Positions 38,263-49,537 are shown, counted from the first letter of the whole stretch. The stretch is DNA of 63,790 bases, filler included, from Lama guanicoe (GCA_013239625.1; 78 parts of 76 records of this genome joined end to end with filler, not necessarily neighbours in it); one strand, 5' to 3'. Made by a program: numbers and translations. The notes: a model not told the origin generated them from the sequence alone.

Positions 38263-38839
38263 AGTAAATGTTCGATTTCACTTAAAGTATAAAATAAGAG
38301 AGAAATTCTCACTGCTTTGTTGTATCTGATGTTTGACACTGGTTCACTACACCACATGACTGTAATGTCGTGCTCAGAATGTCTTCTCAGAGCAGCAGTG
38401 CCGGCTGCTCCCCAGGAGCTTATGCTGCTTGGGCAAGGCTACTGGGGGGAGGGAGGCCAAGGAGAACCGAGCAAACANNNNNNNNNNNNNNNNNNNNNNN
38501 NNNNNNNNNNNNNNNNNNNNNTTAATTAATTAANNNNNNNNNNNNNNNNNNNNNNNNNNNNNNNNNNNNNNNNNNNNACTTTGATGATCACTTAAGAAAT
38601 TGTCATGGATACATTTGGTAGAATACGATTGTATTCATATTATTACCTTTATACCATTGATGTTTTCACTGTTTCTGACTTTGTTGCTTGGTTCTTAAGT
38701 TATAGTTAAATAATGATGAAGCCTCTGTTTCCTTAAAACAGAGAACACATATTTATACTCCTGTAAATGTTTTTAAATACAAGATCGAAAAAGAAAAACA
38801 TATCTGTTATTTCAATCACTATAAAACACAGATTCATTT

Positions 38840-39260
38840 GTGTCTGTCAGCTATGGGTCTGCAACAAAACATCCCAAAACTTAGAGGCTTATAAAGATAA
38901 ATATTCTTGTGCACTGACTAATTGTTCAGCTGGGGTTCTACCTCAAACTGCTGACCCACTGGGCCAGCTCTGCTGAGACCTCTGATGCCCTCACTTTTGT
39001 TTAGTTCTAGGACATGGGTTCAGTTCAGGTCTAATCTTAAGTGCCTTTGATTTGTTTGAGACCAATCAGCCTACTCAGCATGTCTTCATGGTAGAGATTG
39101 AGTACAAGACAGAAAGCCCAGTGCATAAGCACATTTCAAGTCTTGGCTTGCATCACATCATATCTGCTGATAGCCTACGGGCCAAAGCAAGTTACAAATT
39201 CAAACCCAAATGTAGGAGAAGATAAATACTCCTCATGTGGAAATATAATGCCAAAGGATA
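38840..39260 (-). mobile_element. MaLR (MLT1-type) LTR, antisense
   Basis: tgtcagctatgg...caacaaaacatcccaaaacttagaggcttataa...cacatttcaagtcttggcttgcatcacatc...ggccaaagcaagttaca. Confidence 0.7.
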
Positions 39261-39360
39261 NNNNNNNNNNNNNNNNNNNNNNNNNNNNNNNNNNNNNNNN
39301 NNNNTTAATTAATTAANNNNNNNNNNNNNNNNNNNNNNNNNNNNNNNNNNNNNNNNNNNN

Positions 39361-39987
39361 AACACAATGTTTCTTTTCAGTTGCATACACCACTCCATAC
39401 ATACATATGTTGAGGTACAATCACCAACTCGGTTTTACAGTGAAAACGGCAGGCACTTCCAACTGGCACTAGGAAGGCATTAGGAAACAGACTAAGAATC
39501 CAGAGTAAGGGTTTCTCCGGCAACCCGTTCCCTTTCTGCTAGATGAACGAACGTCTCTCCACATGCTCAGTTCTGAGAGATAAGTGTGTGTGAAAGCCGT
39601 CCTTCACCAAGCTTGAAGGGAACAAAAGTTTCTGTTCAGTTGCAAACTCAACTCCATTCATATTTATGGGGAAGTACAAGCTCCAACTCGGTTTTACAGT
39701 GAAAACATCAAGAACTTCAAACCGGCACTAGGAAACATGCTGAGAAAGCAGAGTAAGGGTTTCTCCTGCAACTCGTTCCCTTTGTTCTGGATGAGCGAAC
39801 GTCTCTTCACATGCTCAGTTCTGAGAGATAAATGTGTTGAAAGCCGACCTTCACCTTGCTTGAAGGGAACACAAAGTTTCTTTTCAGTTGCAAACCCCAC
39901 TCCATACATATTTATGGGGTGGTACAAGCTCCAACTCTCTTTTATAGTGAAAATGGCTGGCACTTCAAACCGGCACTACGAAACAGA
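39361..39987 (-). repeat. ~247-bp satellite, about 2.5 monomers
   Basis: aaca(c)aa.gtttc..ttcagttgca at 39361, 39621 and 39868. Periods are 260 and 247; the longer unit carries a ~12-bp internal duplication ggcactaggaa/ggcattaggaa. Confidence 0.93.
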
Positions 39988-40899
39988 NNNNNNNNNNNNN
40001 NNNNNNNNNNNNNNNNNNNNNNNNNNNNNNNTTAATTAATTAANNNNNNNNNNNNNNNNNNNNNNNNNNNNNNNNNNNNNNNNNNNNTTCCTTCTGTAAG
40101 ATAAGATAATAAATGCAATCTGACAGATCAAGCTGAACCATCAAGCACAGCTTTATTATACTGCACAATGAGTAACAATAGTGTGTACATTTTTAAACAA
40201 ATATTGCTACAAGCATCCCTCTCAGGGGCAAGTTGGCTTCCAAAAACCACACGACAAGTTACAGTGTGTGCAGAGATCTAGAAGCCAAAGTGGACCATAA
40301 GGAATATTTTATTGATGTAGGATACAGAAGAGAGGGTTGGGACAGGAACGGGCTCAGGGGCCTGTGATGGGGGAGGTAGGAAGTTTGGGGGGGTGGGGCA
40401 AGGAGGGTAATGAAAGGTCCGGCTCTGAAGTCAGCCCCTGTGTGAAATCTTGACCCACTCATCACTATCGGGTGGAACCTGGGAACATGGTTGAACCTCC
40501 CAATGAAGGTTCCTCCTGATTAGACTGGAGAGGGGTATGCCTTAAGCAGAGGGCGCTGTTGAGTTATTATGATGCCAGGTGAGGTCGTGCAGGAAAACTC
40601 ACCAAGGGTCTGGCATCTATTGGCAGCTCCAGAGCAGTCATTCTGCTGAACTAGATACACGCATACGATGGGATCCATCCTGGAAGCATTCGAGGCACTG
40701 TAGGTCCTGCTTTGGGGACCGTAAGAGGTCCAAGTCCCTTGGGCAAGGTGCAGTGCAAGGGGCATGACTGATGTTTCCTTGAAGACCATTCTCTTGGGGN
40801 NNNNNNNNNNNNNNNNNNNNNNNNNNNNNNNNNNNNNNNNNNNTTAATTAATTAANNNNNNNNNNNNNNNNNNNNNNNNNNNNNNNNNNNNNNNNNNNN

Positions 40900-41258
40900 A
40901 AGCCGGAAAGAGAAAGAAAAACACCATGTTATCACTTACATGTAGAATTTTAAAAACAGACAAATGAACTTATTTACAAAACAGAAACAGATTCACAGAT
41001 ATAGAAAACAAACTTATTGTTACCAGGGGGAAAGGGGGTGGGAAGGGATAAATTGGGAGTTCGAGATTTGCAGATACTAACTACTATATAGAAAATAGAT
41101 AAACAACAAGTTTATACTGTATAGCACAGGGAACTATATTCAATACCTTATAATAACCTATAATGAAAACAAATATAGGTCTATGACTGAAACATTATGC
41201 TGTACATCAGAAACTGACACAACATTGTAAACTGACTATATTTCGATTGAAAAAAAAG
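40900..41258 (+). mobile_element. L1 3' end (second 3'UTR type)
   Basis: agccggaaagagaaagaaaaacaccatg...gggataaattgggagttcgagatttgcagatactaactactatata...tgtatagcacagggaactatattcaatacct...gacacaacattgtaaactgactata. Confidence 0.9.
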
Positions 41259-41374
41259 AAGGAAGGAAGGAAGGAAGGAAGGAAGGAAAGAAAGAAAGAA
41301 AGAAAGGAAGGAAGGAAGGAAGAAAGAAAGGAAGAAAGAAAGAAAAGGAAGGAAGGAAGGAAGGAAGAAAGAAA
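41250..41374. repeat. (GGAA)n/(GAAA)n compound microsatellite grown from the L1 A-tail
   Basis: Purine-only tetranucleotide array directly after the L1 3' end. Confidence 0.93.
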
Positions 41375-41572
41375 ATGGCTGTGTTCTGAAAACAAACAAA
41401 AACCACCTTTTCTTTATTACTCAGTTTTCCACTGATCTCCTTTTAGAAACTAATATTGGTAAATGAAATTTGNNNNNNNNNNNNNNNNNNNNNNNNNNNN
41501 NNNNNNNNNNNNNNNNTTAATTAATTAANNNNNNNNNNNNNNNNNNNNNNNNNNNNNNNNNNNNNNNNNNNN

Positions 41573-42414
41573 TACCTAAATCTGTAAGGCAGAAACCCAT
41601 GAAAAGCCTTGATGTGGCTTTTCTGGCCTTAGCAAACATTATTAACATTCTACCCTGAGACTCCGTATTAAAACTTCCAACACAGTCAATTTAAAAAAGC
41701 CTATATGATCAAATAATCAGACTTAAATTGTAAAAAATTAATCTTGATTTGGCTATATTTGAGAAAACTGAGGGTAACTTAAGAGAGAAAATAAATTATA
41801 TTTTAGTGGATATAATTAAATTCTAGTTTTCTTAATTGAGGTCCATATTTACTAAGACACTTCCCAGATCATTCCTTGCTGTTATGTCACATTGCTATAC
41901 AGTTTAATTGAATTATGAAAAGGATACACTAGGTTGGTTTCTGAAGCTCAGTAATCTATCCTTGGGTAAAGTTCCAATGCCCCATGACCTGCAGCCAGGG
42001 GATTATACATACTGGAACAGGCATGACTTAAAGAAATGTCTCCAACCTGAATGGAAGGTCCCTTTATCAGGGACTCTTAACTAGACCATACACACCAAAG
42101 CTGAAGGAAACGGACTCTCGGATTCATTTCCTATCAGAAACAGCCCCTGCAGTGCACTGGCCTATACAGCACTGCTCACCTTAAAACAATGCCCAAATGG
42201 AGAAAAAGCTACCAGGCCAGGATGAGAAGAAGACGACATCTGAACTAGACAGCTGACCCAAGACACCGGACCAGGCCTGTATACCAATTACTTTGATAAT
42301 TTCTCCAACCTTTGATTATGAGCTACTCCAATTGTTAAGTTGATGATAAATTACCTATGTCTAGCACTTCTGTGTTACCTTGGTGGGATTCCCTACTCCA
42401 AGGCTCTAACTAGA
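41573..42414 (+). mobile_element. ERV1 internal segment, paralog of 23511..24323
   Basis: Colinear from tacctaaatctgta onward. From 41983 reads HDLQPGDYTYWNRHDLKKCLQPEWK with the same frameshift. Confidence 0.85.
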
Positions 42415-42514
42415 NNNNNNNNNNNNNNNNNNNNNNNNNNNNNNNNNNNNNNNNNNNNTTAATTAATTAANNNNNNNNNNNNNNNNNNNNNNNNNNNNNN
42501 NNNNNNNNNNNNNN

Positions 42515-42999
42515 TCCTTGAGTTTGAAGCACTGTGCCCGGTTTTCCAGGCTTAATCTTGCTGTCTCTGCACCTTTTGTAAAACGTTGTCCTTAGCCTAA
42601 AACCTGCAGGAAAGCCTATTCTCGGGGCTCTGACCTTTAAGGATGTTAGCACTTCTGCACTTATGCAGAGATGGCAAGTTGCAAAATAGAGAATAGCCTT
42701 TGTTTTGTTGGAGGTTTACAGGGACAAATCATAGCCTGACCCACATGGATGGCTGCAGGAACAAGGAATGCCTGCAGCAAGAAGTTTGCACAACCAACCA
42801 CACCCCCTCCCCTTTTTAGCTTAAAAGAAGCCTGAATTCTGACTCGGGCAAGATGATTCTCCAGGACATTAGTACCTCATCTTTTTGGTCTGCAATTTTT
42901 CTGAATAACGTTACTATTCCTTTCCCCAAAATCCTGTCTCCTGATTTATTTATTTATCACTGCTGTACAGTGAGCAGAACAAGTTTGGCCTCGGTAACA
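42515..42999 (+). mobile_element. ERV1 (MER41-like) LTR, 3' portion
   Basis: Has a TATA-position motif (ttttagcttaaaagaagcc) and a polyA-like gaataac, and ends ...gagcagaacaagtttggcctcggtaaCA. It is followed by non-PBS flank, so it is a solo or 3' LTR. Confidence 0.7.
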
Positions 43000-43599
43000 T
43001 AACCAGCGTTGTCATTCCCTCTGATGTGAAATCTCTCTGGGTGTACACGTGCTTGCCTGGTGCTGGCGGTGGTGGTGGTGGTGCTGGTGGGCAAAAATAT
43101 TTCACTTCTCAGGTTTTTAATAGGCTAAATTTTCCTGCTATTTAAGTCAACTCTAGAGTTTTACAGAATCACCTGCAGATGTGCTTCTGGAAGCTACAAA
43201 AATTCCAACAATGAAAAAAATTCTATTGTCTCCAGACAAGATACTTTTCCTCAAATCTGAGCAGCTCTCAGACACACTTCAGGAGTACAGATAGATGCAG
43301 TGTGCTTCGTTTCCCATGCTGTTCCGACACAATTTTCCACTTATATCAAAGTAAATTAAAATCGTTCTTCAATAGCAGATTCTCTGGCATGATACAACAA
43401 TGTCAATTCCACTTATTTATTGAGCCAGTGCAGCTTTAGGATAAATGACGTTATACCAAACTCCTGCTTGATTTCCTGTCTTTTCCCTGGTGGCTGATTN
43501 NNNNNNNNNNNNNNNNNNNNNNNNNNNNNNNNNNNNNNNNNNNTTAATTAATTAANNNNNNNNNNNNNNNNNNNNNNNNNNNNNNNNNNNNNNNNNNNN

Positions 43600-44300
43600 A
43601 CATATCTCTCAGATTTGAGCATGTGGACAGACGTTCTTTCATCCAGCAAAAAGGGAACGGATTACCGGGAAACACTTATTTATGTTTCTCGGTCTTTTTC
43701 GTTGTGCCGGTTTGAAGCTCCTGCACTTTTCAGTATAATACCGAGTTGGAAAATATACCTCCCTGTATATATGTATGTAGTGAAATTTGCAACTGAAAAG
43801 AAACTTTGTGTTCCCTTGAAGATCGGTGAAGGATGGCTTGCACACAATTATCTCTCATAACTTAGCATGTGGAGAGACATTCGTTCATCCAAAATGAATG
43901 ATTTGCAGGAGAAACAATTACTCTGGATTTTCAGTCTGTTTACTAGTGTCAGTTTTATATTCCTGCATTTTTTAATGTAAAATAATGTTGGAGCTTTTAC
44001 TTTACCATGTATGGATATGCAGTGTAGTTTGCAACTGTAAAGAAACTTTGTGTTCCCTTCAAGCTAGTTGAGGTACGGTTTTCAAACACACTTATCTTTC
44101 AGAACTAGGCGTGTGGAGGGACATTCATTCATCCAGCACAAAGTGAACAGTTGCAGAAAAAATTGTGCTTTGGTATCTCAGTCTATTTCCTAGTGCCTTT
44201 TGGAACTTTCTGCGTATTTCACTGTAAAATCGAGTTGGAGCTTTTACCAAACCTTATATATGTATGTATTGGTTTTAGTATCTGAAAGGAAACTTTGTGT
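43600..44300 (+). repeat. ~247-bp satellite, about 2.8 diverged (AT-shifted) monomers
   Basis: aaactttgtgt at 43801, 44043 and 44290 (periods 242 and 247). Confidence 0.93.
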
Positions 44301-44400
44301 NNNNNNNNNNNNNNNNNNNNNNNNNNNNNNNNNNNNNNNNNNNNTTAATTAATTAANNNNNNNNNNNNNNNNNNNNNNNNNNNNNNNNNNNNNNNNNNNN

Positions 44401-45116
44401 CAATTTAGAATATAGAATGTCGAAAACAGAATATAGAATATAGAATACGGAATGCAGAAAATAGAATGTACATTATCGAATGAAGAACACAGAATTTAGA
44501 ATATAGAATACGGAATGCAGAAAATAGAATGTACATTATCGAATGAAGAACACAGAATTTAGAATATAGAATACGGAATGCAGAAAATAGAATGTACATT
44601 ATCGAATGAAGAACACAGAATTTAGAATATAGAATGTCGAACACAGAATATAGAATATAGTATACCAAATGCAAAATATAGTATGTAGAATATAGAATGA
44701 AGAACACACCATATAGAATCTAGAATAAAGTATATAGAACCCAGAATTTAGAAGATGGATTGCAGAACACAGAATTTAGAATATAGAATACAGAGTACTG
44801 AATATAGAATTTAGATTATAGAATGTATAACACAGTATATAGAATATAGATTACGGAATGCAGAATAAAGTGTGTAGAATATGNNNNNNNNNNNNNNNNN
44901 NNNNNNNNNNNNNNNNNNNNNNNNNNNNNNNNNNNNNNNNNNNNNNNNNNNNNNNNNNNNNNNNNNNNNNNNNNNNNNNNNNNNNNNNNNNNNNNNNNNN
45001 NNNNNNNNNNNNNNNNNNNNNNNNNNNNNNNNNNNNNNNNNNNCAGAATACTGAATATAGAATTAAGAACAAGGAGGGCAGAACACACAATTTAGAAATT
45101 CGAATACAGAATACTG
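44401..45116 (-). repeat. 7-bp-period satellite with a 63-bp higher-order unit x3
   Basis: atagaatgtacattatcgaatgaagaacacagaatttagaatatagaat at 44461, 44524 and 44587. Confidence 0.97.
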
Positions 45117-45290
45117 NNNNNNNNNNNNNNNNNNNNNNNNNNNNNNNNNNNNNNNNNNNNTTAATTAATTAANNNNNNNNNNNNNNNNNNNNNNNNNNNN
45201 NNNNNNNNNNNNNNNNCCAAATAACTTATAATTAATACAAACAACATTTCACCTCTATTTGAGCAAGGCACAATCCCTTATTTTTTTTTT

Positions 45291-45737
45291 TTCTGTATTC
45301 TATGTTCTATATTCTGTATTCTGTGTTCTGTACTCTATATTCTATATTTTGTGTTCTGTATTCTATGTTCTGTGTTCGGTATTCTATATTCTATATTTTG
45401 TATTCTAAATTCTGAATTCTATATTCTATATTCTGGATTCTATATTCCATATTCTATATTCTGTACTCTGTATTCTGTACTATATATTCCGTGTTCTATA
45501 TTCTGTATTCTATATTCTATATTCTGTGTTCTGGATTCCATGTTCTATATTCTGGGTTCTGTATTCTGTATAATAATTCTAAATTCTATATTCTATATTC
45601 TACATTGTGTATTCTGTATTCTATGTTCTATATTTGGTATTCTGTATTCTATATTCTCAATTCTATAGTTCTGTATTCTAGGTTCTGAGTTCGGTATTCT
45701 ATATTCTATATTCTGTATTCTAAATTCTGAATTCTAT
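45291..45737 (+). repeat. 7-bp-period satellite abutting non-satellite sequence through a T12 run
   Basis: 45217..45280 is non-satellite, T run at 45281..45292, then phased heptamers. Confidence 0.95.
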
Positions 45738-45837
45738 NNNNNNNNNNNNNNNNNNNNNNNNNNNNNNNNNNNNNNNNNNNNTTAATTAATTAANNNNNNN
45801 NNNNNNNNNNNNNNNNNNNNNNNNNNNNNNNNNNNNN

Positions 45838-46060
45838 CTGAAGAGCCTGCTGCTCCTAATGATCTAGCCGCTCCTGAAGAGTCTGCTGCTCCTAATGATC
45901 TGGCTGCTCCTGAAGAGCCTGCCGCTCCCGCTGATCTTACCGCTCCTGAAGAGCATGCAGGTCCTGCTGATCTAGCCGCTCCTGAAGAGCCTGCCACTCC
46001 TGAACAGCCTGCTGCTCCTGCTGATCTAGCTGCTCCTGAAGCGCCTGCCGCTCCTGCAAC
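45838..46060 (+). repeat. 36-bp (2 x 18-bp) GC-rich coding-like tandem repeat, PEEPAA-PADLAA
   Basis: The frame from 45840 reads EEPAAPNDLAAPEESAAPNDLAAPEEPAAPADLTAPEEHAGPADLAAPEEPATPEQPAAPADLAAPEAPAAPA with no stop and no frameshift. Confidence 0.85.
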
Positions 46061-46284
46061 TGCACGTGCACCGCTGGGCACTGAGTTCAGGCATCATCAC
46101 CCCCTAGGGCTGAGCCCCCTCTGCCCCCTCCTACACCTTCTCCAAAATCCCACTATGAATCCCTTCCCCCACCTGAAGTTGACTTCACTACCCCTGAAGT
46201 TGTTTTTGTTTTGCTTTTCTTTATTTTACTTTGTTTGTTTCACCCCTTGTTTGGCATCCTTTATTTTTCCATTTCCTATTTCCT

Positions 46285-46451
46285 TTAATAAATTACAGAT
46301 TTTTTCCCTTTTAAATTGTGCAATTCAGGAACATTATTGCATTCACATGCTGTGCGACCATCACTACCATCTAGTTTTACGCTATTTCTTTCCTTCAAAT
46401 AATACCCTGGATCCAAAGTGCGCACTCCCCTTCCTTCCTCCCCCAGCCCCT
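46285..46451 (-). mobile_element. Old L1 (L1MB-like) 3'UTR end, antisense
   Basis: Minus strand: aggggctgggggaggaaggaagggg...aaaactagatggtagtgatggtcgcacagcatgtgaatgcaataatgttcctgaattgcacaatttaaaa. Confidence 0.75.
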
Positions 46452-46568
46452 GGTGGTCAGACCCCCAAGCCATGAGGCAAAGGCCAGGCTGCAGCAAAGC
46501 TGTGGATGCATGACGACGATGTAGTGGAGTGGCCTGCAGATGGCAGCGTAGCGATCGTAAGACATGAC
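46452..46568 (-). pseudogene. Olfactory receptor fragment (family 2, OR2C3-like), TM3 end to TM4, truncated at an L1 junction
   Basis: 39 codons, [39 protein letters not shown], carrying the OR signature MxYDRYxAICxPLHY. HPQLC...ASWLGGLTT matches OR2C3 as I recall it. Absent from the ORF track. Confidence 0.92.
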
Positions 46569-46668
46569 NNNNNNNNNNNNNNNNNNNNNNNNNNNNNNNN
46601 NNNNNNNNNNNNTTAATTAATTAANNNNNNNNNNNNNNNNNNNNNNNNNNNNNNNNNNNNNNNNNNNN

Positions 46669-46765
46669 CTTATGTATAACTGAAAAATTGTGCTCTACAC
46701 TGGAAATTGATACAACAGTGTAAACTGACTATATATAATAAAATTTAAAAAAAGAAAGAAAGAAG
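46669..46765 (+). mobile_element. Young L1 extreme 3' end with A-rich tail
   Basis: tatgtataactgaaaaattgtgctctacactggaaattgatacaacagtgtaaactgactata; same type as the 3' end of the 20835..21215 element. Confidence 0.88.
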
Positions 46766-47257
46766 AATCAGATAACTGAAAGCTTATCTAGCACATACTG
46801 AATTCTGCTTCGGGGAAGAGAGCGGTATTCAGCATTTAATCTGAAATTGATAATACTCCTGAATATAAACAAAAGACATAATGGAAACTCATCTTAAAAG
46901 AGGAAAGAATCCAGCCAAGCCTCTTCATTTTACAGGAGAGGAGACTGAGACCTGGGATCTGTCCTCCTGGCAATCAGCAGCAAAGCTCTCCTAGTCCTCA
47001 TGTCTTGCACTATGTCAAATGTCAACAGATCTGTACTACGCCTATATTCATAAAAGTCACTTCTGCATTTTTCCAACAGTAGGTTATGTAAGTGTCTTGC
47101 AAAATAGTCTTCCCAAAGAGTCAGGAAATCATACCATTTTGTTGAAATGCAAAAAGANNNNNNNNNNNNNNNNNNNNNNNNNNNNNNNNNNNNNNNNNNN
47201 NTTAATTAATTAANNNNNNNNNNNNNNNNNNNNNNNNNNNNNNNNNNNNNNNNNNNN

Positions 47258-47860
47258 TCTGGTGTACAGAACCATGTCCAGTCATACATATATATACATG
47301 TACTCATTTTCATATTTTTTCATTAGAGGTTATTATAAGATATTGAATAGAGTTCCCTGTGTTACACAGAAGAAAAGGTTTTAATCTATTTTTATATACA
47401 GTGGTTAACATTTACAAATCTCAAACTTCCAAATTTATCCCTTCCCATTCCCTTTCCCCCAGTTACCATAAAATTATTTACTATGCCTGTGAGTCTGTTT
47501 CTGGGTTTTTTGGGGTTTTTTTATTCCACGTATGAGTGCTATCATATGGTATTTTTCTTTCTTTTCTCTTTCTGGCTTACTTCACTTAGAATGACAATCT
47601 ACATTCATCCATGTTGCTGCAAATCGCATTATTTTATTCTTTTTTATGGCTGAGTAGTATTCCATTGTATAAATATACCACAGCTTCTTTATCGAGTCAT
47701 CTATTGATGGACATTTAGGTTGTTCCATGTCTTGACTATTGTAAACAGTGCTGCTATGAACATTGGGGTTCATGTATCTTTTCCAGTTAGCATATATTGT
47801 TTGTGGACCTTTCAGTGATGGCCATTTTGAGTGGTGTGAGGTGATACCTCATTACAGTCA
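47258..47860 (-). mobile_element. L1 ORF2 end and 3'UTR, antisense
   Basis: ORF 47582..47773 gives [40 protein letters not shown], the L1 ORF2 C-terminus. Confidence 0.93.
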
Positions 47861-48004
47861 CATTTTTAATGTTTCAAATACTCTCAGCATTCTGGAATTT
47901 TGTTNNNNNNNNNNNNNNNNNNNNNNNNNNNNNNNNNNNNNNNNNNNNTTAATTAATTAANNNNNNNNNNNNNNNNNNNNNNNNNNNNNNNNNNNNNNNN
48001 NNNN

Positions 48005-48794
48005 TTCTTTTAAAATTTTGTGTTTATTTTATTTGTAATTCATGAATTATCACTTTTCCAGCTGTGAGTTTCATGTTTCTGTAGCATCTTGCAGCTTTTC
48101 TTTTTAGAGAAGACCTTTCAATAATTCTTTTAGCATGGGTCTAGTGTTGATTACTCTTGAAGCTTTTTCTTGTCTGTGAAATCCTTTATTTCTACTTCTA
48201 CCAAAAAGAACAACTTTACTCGTCAATGTATCCTACAGTATATAATTTTTCTCATTCAGGACTTTGAATATATCTTTTCACTCCCTTCTGGGCTGTAGTA
48301 TTTTGCAGAGAAATCAGCTGTAAGGCTTATGGGGATTCCCTTGTAACTCACACTTTACTATTCTCTTGCTGTCTTTAGGATCATTTTTTACCCTTGATTC
48401 TGGCCATCTTAATTATATGTCTTGGTGTGGGTGTATTTGTTTTCTTCCTGTTTGGCACACGGTGAGCTTCCTGTACTTGAATATCGATTCCTACTTTAAG
48501 TTTCGGAAGTTCTCAGTCATGATTTCTACAAAAATTTTTGCAATCCCCTTTAATCATTGTTCCCTTTCTGGGACTTCTATCATGCCAAGATTGGCATGCT
48601 TTGTATTATCCCATAGGTCCCTTATGCTTTTTTCATTTGTTTCTCATTGTTTCTCTTGTAGGTCTTCTGATTGGGTGCTATCTATTGTCCTGTCTTCTCA
48701 GTCACTAATTCATTTTTCTACATTATCTAGTCAGATTTGCTACATTTTAAATCATTCTTCATCTCAGTCAACGGGTTTACCTGTTCTACTCGTC
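48005..48794 (-). mobile_element. L1 ORF1, antisense, decayed
   Basis: Homologous to 36738..37449 and 9660..9964 (gagaaatcagctg...ggcttatggggattcccttgtaactca). Confidence 0.9.
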
Positions 48795-48894
48795 NNNNNN
48801 NNNNNNNNNNNNNNNNNNNNNNNNNNNNNNNNNNNNNNTTAATTAATTAANNNNNNNNNNNNNNNNNNNNNNNNNNNNNNNNNNNNNNNNNNNN

Positions 48895-49537
48895 CTATAT
48901 ACAGTGTTCTACAATCTATATTCTATATTTTATATTCTGTATTCTGTTCTATATATTCTTAATTCGGTGATCAGAATTCCATGTTCTAAAATCTAGGTTC
49001 TGCATTCTGTATTCTATATTCTATATTATACATTCTATTTCTGTATTCTATATTCTATATTCTGTGTTTTACATTCTATTTTGTGCATTCTATATTCTGT
49101 ACTCTGTATTCTATTTTCTACATTCTGTGTTCTGCATTCCATGTTCTAAATTCTGGGTTCTGTATTCTGTATTCTAAATTCTATATTCTGTGTTCTACAT
49201 ACTATTTTCTACATTCTATATTCTGTATTCTGTATTCTATATTCCGTGTTCTACATTCTATATTCAACATTCTATTTCTGTATTCTATATTCTAAATTCT
49301 GTGTTCTGAATTGCATGTTCTATATTCTGGTTCTGTATTCTGAATTCTATAAATATGTGTTCTGAATTCCATGTTTTAAATTCTGGCTTCTATAATCTCT
49401 ATTCTATTTTCTTTATTTTTTTTTTTTGATTTTCATTTTTTAATTCTATATTCTGTATTCTGTATTCTATATTCTATATTCTGTGTTGTATATTCTATAT
49501 TCTACATTTATTTCTTTATTCTATATTCTATATCCTG
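48895..49537 (+). repeat. 7-bp-period satellite with an internal T12 run
   Basis: Phased heptamers; T run at 49416..49427. Confidence 0.96.

Noticed and set aside
41181..41435. Lys/Glu/Arg-rich and Phe/Leu/Ser-rich ORFs
   Set aside because: Translations of the (GGAA/GAAA)n microsatellite.
41573..42999. ERV internal segment followed by its own 3' LTR
   Set aside because: A synthetic linker separates the two pieces, so adjacency carries no information.
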